Below are positions 10,922 to 23,221 of a stretch of DNA of 23,221 nt, piece by piece; within the stretch, counting starts at the first letter, position 1; each line of letters begins with the position of its first letter. The position numbers and the translations under genes were made by a program. The DNA is taken from assembly GCA_002189035.1 (NCBI GenBank), contig NEEC01000471.1:1-23221 (forward strand), in the 5' to 3' direction. The stretch comes from Utricularia gibba. Lineage: Eukaryota > Plantae > Magnoliophyta. The notes beneath the pieces are model-generated. The model was not told where the DNA came from, ran no database searches, and was given only the letters and a program-made list of their open reading frames with translations.

Positions 10922-12135
10922 ATGCGTGGAGATTAGACCAGCACTGATGCGCACTCCTAGGACCGTTCCAAAAACAAAAGTGAGACTTACGCAGAGGAGT
11001 CACGAGTTCACTCCATGGCGGATCATGGTGCACCATCGCTACTCGTTTGAGGGTGTTTTGTTGTGCAACAAACTCAGCCAGCATCCAATGAATACTAGAA
11101 TGTGGCCAAGGACACTCCATGTACTTTCCCGATCTCCAACAACGTGCGTTGGAAACATTAACATTTTCGGATTCATTCTACGGAGCACATACGATGTGGA
11201 TGTGCTATCCAGCCGTTAGATGGCTACCACCCCGACCTCCTGAATATTTGGACACGAAAGTGGGCATGCCGCTATACGTTTGGGAGGAGAAAACCTTCGA
11301 CCATACAGTTAAAGGATGTCATCTATATCAAACATACGTTGCGAGCCACGTAAGCTACTATTGAGTGGACATCATTGAATGAGAAATGAGTCATAGAGCA
11401 TCGAAGAACATATCGTCGTGGATCCAGAGTGTAGCCACTCCTAACCCAAAGTCCATAACTCGACCACCCAGCACTTGTGCTTCGAATCCACATAGCTCAC
11501 GGAACAAACGCACACCTCCCCTTATAATTCGACCCCCATGGCATCCACTCCTGATGCAAAATTCCATTCTCCCTCCAGGCTTTGCAAAGAAGCGGGTAAC
11601 GTGGAATGGATCGGTATTGCTTCGCAAGCAGGTCACGCCTTGCAACATGCATACTTCATACCTTACGACATTCCAATGCCTGACCTCCGGATGCCTTTTA
11701 CCCAGATTGTGGATGGAGATAGAGAAGGGATCACTCGGTTAAGCAATCGTTAAAGCCGCGTGCGCAACACGCGAGTGTGTTTTCCGTATGCTAACGGCTT
11801 GACCATCATCCGATTCAGCATACTGCTCGTGCACCTTTACGAGTGTAGCCAATTTTCCGTCCTCACTTTCAACCAGGTCCGATGCAACGTACAAAGATGA
11901 ATGGTGGTCGTCTTCCCTCAAGCATCGACACGATTCAACGGGTTGATGGTCTCTAGTGCAAACTCCCACGCTCTTTTAGGCGTTCACATCCATGCGCACT
12001 ACTTCCTTTCTTTTCTCCGTTGCTGGACGGGCCTCGCAAGCTTTGCCGTTACCTTCAGGTGTTCTGGACTCCTTAGCGAATGGACTGGACAAGGAGACCG
12101 TTGGTCTATTATCGCGGCCGTTGAAAGATATGAGG
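10922..12135. repeat. Internally deleted monomer (copy 9, 1214 bp, ~153-155 bp missing)
   Basis: GGACCGT joins directly to TCCAAAAACAAAAGTGAGAC near 10966, skipping monomer positions ~48-198. Confidence 0.9.
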
Positions 12136-15100
12136 ATGCGTGGAGATTAGACCAGCACTGATGCGCACGTCCATAGGACCGTAAAGTCCAACCCATGGAC
12201 TCTAACCAAGTACTTCACCACTGATGTGTCGTCCAACGATACGAAGGGGGTACATCAGGATCAATGATGCAGGGTTGTAACATCAACGATCCCATACTTC
12301 TTAGTTTTTCCTATTGCTTTCCCTTATGATCTTCCATGGAAACAAAGTGAGACTTACGCAGAGGAGTCACGAGTTCACTCCATGGCGGATCATGGTGCAC
12401 CATCGCTACTCGTTTGAGGGTGTTTTGTTGTGCAACAAACTCAGCCAGCATCCAATGAATACTAGAATGTGGCCAAGGACACTCCATGTACTTTCCCGAT
12501 CTCCAACAACGTGCGTTGGAAACATTAACATTTTCGGATTCATTCTACGGAGCACATACGATGTGGATGTGCTATCCAGCCGTTAGATGGCTACCACCCC
12601 GACCTCCTGAATATTTGGACACGAAAGTGGGCATGCCGCTATACGTTTGGGAGGAGAAAACCTTCGACCATACAGGTTAAAGGATGTCATCTATATCAAA
12701 CATACGTTGCGAGCCACGTAAGCTACTATTGAGTGGACATCATTGAATGAGAAATGAGTCATAGAGCATCGAAGAACATATCGGTCGTGGATCCAGAGTG
12801 TAGCCACTCCTAACCCAAAGTCCATAACTCGACCACCCAGCACTTGTGCTTCGAATCCACATAGCTCACGGAACAAACGCACACGTCCCCTTATAATTCG
12901 ACCCCCATGGCATCCACTCCTGATGCAAAATTCCATTCTCCCTCCAGGCTTTGCAAAGAAGCGGGTAACGTGGAATGGATCGGTATTGCTTCGCAAGCAG
13001 GTCACGCCTTGCAACATGCATACTTCATACCTTACGACATTCCAATGCCTGACCTCCGGATGCCTTTTACCCAGATTGTGGATGGAGATAGAGAAGGGAT
13101 CACTCGGTTAAGCAATCGTTAAAGCCGCGTGCGCAACACGCGAGAGTGTGTTTTCCGTATGCTAACGGCTTGACCATCATCCGATTCAGCATACTGCTCG
13201 TGCACCTTTACGAGTGTAGCCAATTTTCCGTCCTCACTTTCAACCAGGTCCGATGCAACGTACAAAGATGAATGGGTGGTCGTCTTCCCTCAAGCATCGA
13301 CACGATTCAACGGGTTGATGGTCTCTAGTGCAAACTCCCACGCTCTTTTAGGCGTTCACATCCATGCGCACTACTTCCTTTCTTTTCTCCGTTGCTGGAC
13401 GGGCCTCGCAAGCTTTGCCGTTACCTTCAGGTGTTCTGGACTCCTTAGCGAATGGACTGGACAAGGAGACCGTTGGTCTATTATCGCGGCCGTTGAAAGA
13501 TATGAGGATGCGTGGAGATTAGACCAGCACTGATGCGCACGTCCATAGGACCGTAAAGTCCAACCCATGGACTCTAACCAAGTACTTCACCACTGATGTG
13601 TCGTCCAACGATACGAAGGGGGTACATCAGGATCAATGATGCAGGGTTGTAACACCAACGATCCCATACTTCTTAGTTTTTCCTATTGCTTTCCCTTATG
13701 ATCTTCCATGGAAACAAAGTGAGACTTACGCAGAGGAGTCACGAGTTCACTCCATGGCGGATCATGGTGCACCATCGCTACTCGTTTGAGGGTGTTTGTT
13801 GTGCAACAAACTCAGCCAGCATCCAATGAATACTAGAATGTGGCCAAGGACACTCCATGTACTTTCCCGATCTCCAACAACGTGCGTTGGAAACATTAAC
13901 ATTTTCGGATTCATTCTACGGAGCACATACGATGTGGATGTGCTATCCAGCCGTTAGATGGCTACCACCCCGACCTCCTGAATATTTGGACACGAAAGTG
14001 GGCATGCCGCTATACGTTTGGGAGGAGAAAACCTTCGACCATACAGGTTAAAGGATGTCATCTATATCAAACATACGTTGCGAGCCACGTAAGCTACTAT
14101 TGAGTGGACATCATTGAATGAGAAATGAGTCATAGAGCATCGAAGAACATATCGGTCGTGGATCCAGAGTGTAGCCACTCCTAACCCAAAGTCCATAACT
14201 CGACCACCCAGCACTTGTGCTTCGAATCCACATAGCTCACGGAACAAACGCACACTCCCCTTATAATTCGACCCCCATGGCATCCACTCCTGATGCAAAA
14301 TTCCATTCTCCCTCCAGGCTTTGCAAAGAAGCGGGTAACGTGGAATGGATCGGTATTGCTTCGCAAGCAGGTCACGCCTTGCAACATGCATACTTCATAC
14401 CTTACGACATTCCAATGCCTGACCTCCGGATGCCTTTTACCCAGATTGTGGATGGAGATAGAGAAGGGATCACTCGGTTAAGCAATCGTTAAAGCCGCGT
14501 GCGCAACACGCGAGTGTGTTTTCCGTATGCTAACGGCTTGACCATCATCCGATTGAGCATACTGCTCGTGCACCTTACGAGTGTAGCCAATTTTCCGTCT
14601 CACTTTCAACCAGGTCCGATGCAACGTACAAAGATGAATGGGTGGTCGTCTTCCCTCAAGCATCGACACGATTCAACGGGTTGATGGTCTCTAGTGCAAA
14701 CTCCCACGCTCTTTTAGGCGTTCACATCCATGCGCACTACTTCCTTTCTTTTCTCCGTTGCTGGACGGGCCTCGCAAGCTTTGCCGTTACCTTCAGGTGT
14801 TCTGGACTCCTTAGCGAATGGACTGGACAAGGAGACCGTTGGTCTATTATCGCGGCCGTTGAAAGATATGAGGATGCGTGGAGATTAGACCAGCACTGAT
14901 GCGCACGTCCATAGGACCGTAAAGTCCAACCCATGGACTCTAGCCAAGTACTTCACCACTGATGTGTCGTCCAACGATACGAAGGGGGTACATCAGGATC
15001 AATGATGCAGGTTGTAACATCAACGATACCAAGTACTTCTTAGTTTTTCCTATTGCTTTCCCTTATGATCTTCCATGGAAACAAAGTGAGACTTACGCAG

Positions 15101-18100
15101 AGGAGTCACGAGTTCACTCCATGGCGGATCATGGGCACCATCGCTACTCGTTTGAGGGTGTTTTGTTGTGCAACAAACTCAGCCAGCATCCAATGAATAC
15201 TAGAATGTGGCCAAGGACACTCCATGTACTTTCCCGATCTCCAACAACGTGCGTTGGAAACATTAACATTTTCGGATTCATTCTACGGAGCACATACGAT
15301 GTGGATGTGCTATCCAGCCGTTAGATGGCTACCACCCCGACCTCCTGAATATTTGGACACGAAAGTGGGCATGCCGCTATACGTTTGGGAGGAGAAAACC
15401 TTCGACCATACAGGTTAAAGGATGTCATCTATATCAAACATACGTTGCGAGCCACGTAAGCTACTATTGAGTGGACATCATTGAATGAGAAATGAGTCAT
15501 AGAGCATCGAAGAACATATCGGTCGTGGATCCAGAGTGTAGCCACTCCTAACCCAAAGTCCATAACTCGACCACCCAGCACTTGTGCTTCGAATCCACAT
15601 AGCTCACGGAACAAACGCACACTCCCCTTATAATTCGACCCCCATGGCATCCACTCCTGATGCAAAATTCCATTCTCCCTCCAGGCTTTGCAAAGAAGCG
15701 GGTAACGTGGAATGGATCGGTATTGCTTCGCAAGCAGGTCACGCCTTGCAACATGCATACTTCATACCTTACGACATTCCAATGCCTGACCTCCGGATGC
15801 CTTTTACCCAGATTGTGGATGGAGATAGAGAAGGGATCACTCGGTTAAGCAATCGTTAAAGCCGCGTGCGCAACACGCGAGTGTGTTTTCCGTATGCTAA
15901 CGGCTTGACCATCATCCGATTGAGCATACTGCTCGTGCACCTTACGAGTGTAGCCAATTTTCCGTCCTCACTTTCAACCAGGTCCGATGCAACGTACAAA
16001 GATGAATGGGTGGTCGTCTTCCCTCAAGCATCGACACGATTCAACGGGTTGATGGTCTCTAGTGCAAACTCCCACGCTCTTTTAGGCGTTCACATCCATG
16101 CGCACTACTTCCTTTCTTTTCTCCGTTGCTGGACGGCCTCGCAAGCTTTGCCGTTACCTTCAGGTGTTCTGGACTCCTTAGCGAATGGACTGGACAAGGA
16201 GACCGTTGGTCTATTATCGCGGCCGTTGAAAGATATGAGGATGCGTGGAGATTAGACCAGCACTGATGCGCACGTCCATAGGACCGTAAAGTCCAACCCA
16301 TGGACTCTAGCCAAGTACTTCACCACTGATGTGTCGTCCAACGATACGAAGGGGTACATCAGGATCAATGATGCAGGGTTGTAACATCAACGATACCAAG
16401 TACTTCTTAGTTTTTCCTATTGCTTTCCCTTATGATCTTCCATGGAAACAAAGTGAGACTTACGCAGAGGAGTCACGAGTTCACTCCATGGCGGATCATG
16501 GTGCACCATCGCTACTCGTTTGAGGGTGTTTGTTGTGCAACAAACTCAGCCAGCATCCAATGAATACTAGAATGTGGCCAAGGACACTCCATGTACTTTC
16601 CCGATCTCCAACAACGTGCGTTGGAAACATTAACATTTTCGGATTCATTCTACGGAGCACATACGATGTGGATGTGCTATCCAGCCGTTAGATGGCTACC
16701 ACCCCGACCTCCTGAATATTTGGACACGAAAGTGGGCATGCCGCTATACGTTTGGGAGGAGAAAACCTTCGACCATACAGGTTAAAGGATGTCATCTATA
16801 TCAAACATACGTTGCGAGCCACGTAAGCTACTATTGAGTGGACATCATTGAATGAGAAATGAGTCATAGAGCATCGAAGAACATATCGTCGTGGATCCAG
16901 AGTGTAGCCACTCCTAACCCAAAGTCCATAACTCGACCACCCAGCACTTGTGCTTCGAATCCACATAGCTCACGGAACAAACGCACACTCCCCTTATAAT
17001 TCGACCCCCATGGCATCCACTCCTGATGCAAAATTCCATTCTCCCTCCAGGCTTTGCAAAGAAGCGGGTAACGTGGAATGGATCGGTATTGCTTCGCAAA
17101 GCAGGTCACGCCTTGCAACATGCATACTTCATACCTTACGACATTCCAATGCCTGACCTCCGGATGCCTTTTACCCAGATTGTGGATGGAGATAGAGAAG
17201 GGATCACTCGGTTAAGCAATCGTTAAAGCCGCGTGCGCAACACGCGAGTGTGTTTTCCGTATGCTAACGGCTTGACCATCATCCGATTGAGCATACTGCT
17301 CGTGCACCTTACGAGTGTAGCCAATTTTCCGTCCTCACTTTCAACCAGGTCCGATGCAACGTACAAAGATGAATGGTGGTCGTCTTCCCTCAAGCATCGA
17401 CACGATTCAACGGGTTGATGGTCTCTAGTGCAAACTCCCACGCTCTTTTAGGCGTTCACATCCATGCGCACTACTTCCTTTCTTTTCTCCGTTGCTGGAC
17501 GGGCCTCGCAAGCTTTGCCGTTACCTTCAGGTGTTCTGGACTCCTTAGCGAATGGACTGGACAAGGAGACCGTTGGTCTATTATCGCGGCCGTTGAAAGA
17601 TATGAGGATGCGTGGAGATTAGACCAGCACTGATGCGCACGTCCATAGGACCGTAAAGTCCAACCCATGGACTCTAGCCAAGTACTTCACCACTGATGTG
17701 TCGTCCAACGATACGAAGGGGGTACATCAGGATCAATGATGCAGGGTTGTAACATCAACGATACCAAGTACTTCTTTTCCTATTGCTTTCCCTTATGATC
17801 TTCCATGGAAACAAAGTGAGACTTACGCAGAGGAGTCACGAGTTCACTCCATGGCGGATCATGGTGCACCATCGCTACTCGTTTGAGGGTGTTTTGTTGT
17901 GCAACAAACTCAGCCAGCATCCAATGAATACTAGAATGTGGCCAAGGACACTCCATGTACTTTCCCGATCTCCAACAACGTGCGTTGGAAACATTAACAT
18001 TTTCGGATTCATTCTACGGAGCACATACGATGTGGATGTGCTATCCAGCCGTTAGATGGCTACCACCCGACCTCCTGAATATTTGGACACGAAAGTGGGC

Positions 18101-21100
18101 ATGCCGCTATACGTTTGGGAGGAGAAAACCTTCGACCATACAGGTTAAAGGATGTCATCTATATCAAACATACGTTGCGAGCCACGTAAGCTACTATTGA
18201 GTGGACATCATTGAATGAGAAATGAGTCATAGAGCATCGAAGAACATATCGGTCGTGGATCCAGAGTGTAGCCACTCCTAACCCAAAGTCCATAACTCGA
18301 CCACCCAGCACTTGTGCTTCGAATCCACATAGCTCACGGAACAAACGCACACGTCCCCTTATAATTCGACCCCCATGGCATCCACTCCTGATGCAAAATT
18401 CCATTCTCCCTCCAGGCTTTGCAAAGAAGCGGGTAACGTGGAATGGATCGGTATTGCTTCGCAAGCAGGTCACGCCTTGCAACATGCATACTTCATACCT
18501 TACGACATTCCAATGCCTGACCTCCGGATGCCTTTTACCCAGATTGTGGATGGAGATAGAGAAGGGATCACTCGGTTAAGCAATCGTTAAAGCGCGGTGC
18601 GCAACACGCGAGTGTGTTTTCCGTATGCTAACGGCTTGACCATCATCCGATTCAGCATACTGCTCGTGCACCTTCACGAGTGTAGCCAATTTTCCGTCCT
18701 CACTTTCAACCAGGTCCGATGCAACGTACAAAGATGAATGGGTGGTCGTCTTCCTCAAGCATCGACACGATTCAACGGGTTGATGGTCTCTAGTGCAAAC
18801 TCCACGCTCTTTTAGGCGTTCACATCCATGCGCACTACTTCCTTTCTTTTCTCCGTTGCTGGACGGGCCTCGCAAGCTTTGCCGTTACCTTCAGGTGTTC
18901 TGGACTCCTTAGCGAATGGACTGGACAAGGAGACCGTTGGTCTATTATCGCGGCCGTTGAAAGATATGAGGATGCGTGGAGATTAGACCAGCACTGATGC
19001 GCACGTCCATAGGACCGTAAAGTCCAACCCATGGACTCTAGCCAAGTACTTCACCACTGATGTGTCGTCCAACGATACGAAGGGGGTACATCAGGATCAA
19101 TGATGCAGGGTTGTAACATCAACATACCAAGTACTTCTTAGTTTTTCCTATTGCTTTCCCTTATGATCTTCCATGGAAACAAAGTGAGACTTACGCAGAG
19201 GAGTCACGAGTTCACTCCATGGCGGATCATGGTGCACCATCGCTACTCGTTTGAGGGTGTTTTGTTGTGCAACAAACTCAGCCAGCATCCAATGAATACT
19301 AGAATGTGGCCAAGGACACTCCATGTACTTTCCCGATCTCCAACAACGTGCGTTGGAAACATTAACATTTTCGGATTCATTCTACGGAGCACATACGATG
19401 TGGATGTGCTATCCAGCCGTTAGATGGCTACCACCCCGACCTCCTGAATATTTGGACACGAAAGTGGGCATGCCGCTATACGTTTGGAGGAGAAAAACCT
19501 TCGACCATACAGGTTAAAGGATGTCATCTATATCAAACATACGTTGCGAGCCACGTAAGCTACTATTGAGTGGACATCATTGAATGAGAAATGAGTCATA
19601 GAGCATCGAAGAACATATCGGTCGTGGATCCAGAGTGTAGCCACTCCTAACCCAAAGTCCATAACTCGACCACCCAGCACTTGTGCTTCGAATCCACATA
19701 GCTCACGGAACAAACGCACACGTCCCCTTATAATTCGACCCCCATGGCATCCACTCCTGATGCAAAATTCCATTCTCCCTCCAGGCTTTGCAAAGAAGCG
19801 GGTAACGTGGAATGGATCGGTATTGCTTCGCAAGCAGGTCACGCCTTGCAACATGCATACTTCATACCTTACGACATTCCAATGCCTGACCTCCGGATGC
19901 CTTTTACCCAGATTGTGGATGGAGATAGAGAAGGGATCACTCGGTTAAGCAATCGTTTAAAGCCGCGTGCGCAACACGCGAGTGTGTTTTCCGTATGCTA
20001 ACGGCTTGACCATCATCCGATTCAGCATACTGCTCGTGCACCTTTACGAGTGTAGCCAATTTTCCGTCCTCACTTTCAACCAGGTCCGATGCAACGTACA
20101 AAGATGAATGGTGGTCGTCTTCCCTCAAGCATCGACACGATTCAACGGGTTGATGGTCTCTAGTGCAAACTCCCACGCTCTTTTAGGCGTTCACATCCAT
20201 GCGCACTACTTCCTTTCTTTTCTCCGTTGCTGGACGGGCCTCGCAAGCTTTGCCGTTACCTTCAGGTGTTCTGGACTCCTTAGCGAATGGACTGGACAAG
20301 GAGACCGTTGGTCTATTATCGCGGCCGTTGAAAGATATGAGGATGCGTGGAGATTAGACCAGCACTGATGCGCACGTCCATAGGACCGTAAAGTCCAACC
20401 CATGGACTCTACCAAGTACTTCACCACTGATGTGTCGTCCAACGATACGAAGGGGTACATCAGGATCAATGATGCAGGTTGTAACACCAACAGATCCCAA
20501 TACTTCTTAGTTTTTCCTATTGCTTTCCCTTATGATCTTCCATGGAAACAAAGTGAGACTTACGCAGAGGAGTCACGAGTTCACTCCATGGCGGATCATG
20601 GTGCACCATCGCTACTCGTTTGAGGGTTGTTTTTTGTGCAACAAACTCAGCCAGCATCCAATGAATACTAGAATGTGGCCAAGGACACTCCATGTACTTT
20701 CCCGATCTCCAACAACGTGCGTTGGAACATTAACATTTTCGGATTCATTCTACGGAGCACATACGATGTGGATGTGCTATCCAGCCGTTAGATGGCTACC
20801 ACCCGACCTCCTGAATATTTGGACACGAAAGTGGGCATGCGCTATACGTTTGGGAGGAGAAAACCTTCGACCATACAGGTTAAAGGATGTCATCTATATC
20901 AAACATACGTTGCGAGCCACGTAAGCTACTATTGAGTGGACATCATTGAATGAGAAATGAGTCATAGAGCATCGAAGAACATATCGGTCGTGGATCCAGA
21001 GTGTAGCCACTCCTAACCCAAAGTCCATAACTCGACCACCCAGCACTTGTGCTTCGAATCCACATAGCTCACGGAACAAACGCACACGTCCCCTTATAAT

Positions 21101-23061
21101 TCGACCCCATGGCATCCACTCCTGATGCAAAATTCCATTCTCCCTCCAGGCTTTGCAAAGAAGCGGGTAACGTGGAATGGATCGGTATTGCTTCGCAAGC
21201 AGGTCACGCCTTGCAACATGCATACTTCATACCTTACGACATTCCAATGCCTGACCTCCGGATGCCTTTTACCCAGATTGTGGATGGAGATAGAGAAGGG
21301 ATCACTCGGTTAAGCAATCGTTAAGCCGCGTGCGCAACACGCGAGTGTGTTTTCCGTATGCTAACGGCTTGACCATCATCCGATTCAGCATACTGCTCGT
21401 GCACCTTTACGAGTGTAGCCAATTTTCCGTCCTCACTTTCAACCAGGTCCGATGCAACGTACAAAGATGAATGGGTGGTCGTCTTCCCTCAAGCATCGAC
21501 ACGATTCAACGGGGTTGATGGTCTCTAGTGCAAACTCCCACGCTCTTTTAGGCGTTCACATCCATGCGCACTACTTCCTTTCTTTTCTCCGTTGCTGGAC
21601 GGGCCTCGCAAGCTTTGCCGTTACCTTCAGGTGTTCTGGACTCCTTAGCGAATGGACTGGACAAGGAGACCGTTGGTCTATTATCGCGGCCGTTGAAAGA
21701 TATGAGGATGCGTGGAGATTAGACCAGCACTGATGCGCACGTCCATAGGACCGTAAAGTCCAACCCATGGACTCTAACCAAGTACTTCACCACTGATGTG
21801 TCGTCCAACGATACGAAGGGGGTACATCAGGATCAATGATGCAGGGTTGTAACACAACAGATCCATACTTCTTAGTTTTTCCTATTGCTTTCCCTTATGA
21901 TCTTCCATGGAAACAAAGTGAGACTTACGCAGAGGAGTCACGAGTTCACTCCATGGCGGATCATGGTGCACCATCGCTACTCGTTTGAGGGTGTTTTGTT
22001 GTGCAACAAACTCAGCCAGCATCCAATGAATACTAGAATGTGGCCAAGGACACTCCATGTACTTTCCGATCTCCAACAACGTGCGTTGGAAACATTAACA
22101 TTTTCGGATTCATTCTACGGAGCACATACGATGGATGTGCTATCCAGCCGTTAGATGGCTACCCCCCGACCTCCTGAATATTTGGACACGAAAGTGGGCA
22201 TGCCGCTATACGTTTGGGAGGAGAAAACCTTCGACCATACAGGTTAAAGGATGTCATCTATATCAAACATACGTTGCGAGCCACGTAAGCTACTATTGAG
22301 TGGACATCATTGAATGAGAAATGAGTCATAGAGCATCGAAGAACATATCGGTCGTGGATCCAGAGTGTAGCCACTCCTAACCCAAAGTCCATAACTCGAC
22401 CACCCAGCACTTGTGCTTCGAATCACATAGCTCACGGAACAAACGCACACGTCCCCTTATAATTCGACCCCCATGGCATCCACTCCTGATGCAAAATTCC
22501 ATTCTCCCTCCAGGCTTTGCAAAGAAGCGGGTAACGTGGAATGGATCGGTATTGCTTCGCAAGCAGGTCACGCCTTGCAACATGCATACTTCATACTTAC
22601 ACATTCCAATGCCTGACCTCCGGATGCCTTTTACCAGATTGTGGATGGAGATAGAGAAGGGATCACTCGGTTAAGCAATCGTTAAAGCCGCGTGCGCAAC
22701 ACGCGAGTGTGTTTTCCGTATGCTAACGGCTTGACCATCATCCGATTCAGCATACTGCTCGTGCACCTTTACGAGTGTAGCCAATTTTCCGTCCTCACTT
22801 TCAACCAGGTCCGATGCAACGTACAAAGATGAATGGGTGGTCGTCTTCCTCAAGCATCGACGATTCAACGGTTGATGGTCTCTAGTGCAAACTCCCACGC
22901 TCTTTAGGCGTTCACATCCATGCGCACTACTTCTTCTTTTTCTCCGTTGCTGGACGGGCCTCGCAAGCTTTGCCGTTACCTTCAGGTGTTCTGGACTCCT
23001 TAGCGAATGGACTGGACAAGGAGACCGTTGGTCTATTATCGCGGCCGTTGAAGATATGAGG

Positions 23062-23221
23062 ATGCGTGGAGATTAGACCAGCACTGATGCGCACGTCCAT
23101 AGGACCGTAAAGTCCAACCCATGGACTCTAGCCAAGTACTTCACCACTGATGTGTCGTCCAACGATACGAAGGGGGTACATCAGGATCAATGATGCAGGG
23201 TTGTAACACAACGATACCAAG
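23062..23221. repeat. Partial 18th monomer cut by the window end
   Basis: Matches the first ~160 bp of the monomer and ends inside the variable cassette (ACACAACGATACCAAG). Confidence 0.95.

Larger units (their letters stand above)
1..23221. repeat. Head-to-tail tandem array (concatemer) of a ~1370-1372 bp monomer: 17 copies plus a partial 18th
   Basis: ATGCGTGGAGATTAGACCAG recurs at 1, 1368, 2739, 4083, 5454, 6819, 8187, 9558, 10922, 12136, 13508, 14874, 16241, 17608, 18972, 20343, 21708 and 23062. Unit lengths are 1367, 1371, 1344, 1371, 1365, 1368, 1371, 1364, 1214, 1372, 1366, 1367, 1367, 1364, 1371, 1365 and 1354. Copies are near-identical and co-oriented, with no spacer, adapter or flank seen. 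Confidence 0.99.

Noticed and set aside
1-23221. CRISPR array or inverted (fold-back) read artefact
   Set aside because: There is no short repeat with unique spacers, and all copies are co-oriented with no strand switch.

Overview
The whole window is one head-to-tail array of a ~1370-1372 bp monomer, all copies in the same orientation: 17 copies plus a 160 bp partial copy, with no unique flank. Taking ATGCGTGGAG as an arbitrary start, copies begin at 1, 1368, 2739, 4083, 5454, 6819, 8187, 9558, 10922, 12136, 13508, 14874, 16241, 17608, 18972, 20343, 21708 and 23062. The monomer is about 48% GC (manual estimate) and not CpG-depleted. I recognise no protein family, RNA gene, CRISPR array or complete mobile element in it; the ORF track is the same few short frames repeated and reshuffled by indels. 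Most differences between copies look like long-read or consensus errors. However, about seven sites are recurrently variable with alleles shared by neighbouring copies, one ~20 bp cassette is hypervariable, and copy 9 lacks ~153-155 bp. The first ~125 bp of the monomer holds a hairpin cluster with two degenerate hammerhead-like modules. The leading hypotheses are a concatemer of a cryptic, apparently non-coding ~1.37 kb circular element or a chromosomal macrosatellite. The sequence alone cannot decide between them, and the host is unknown.
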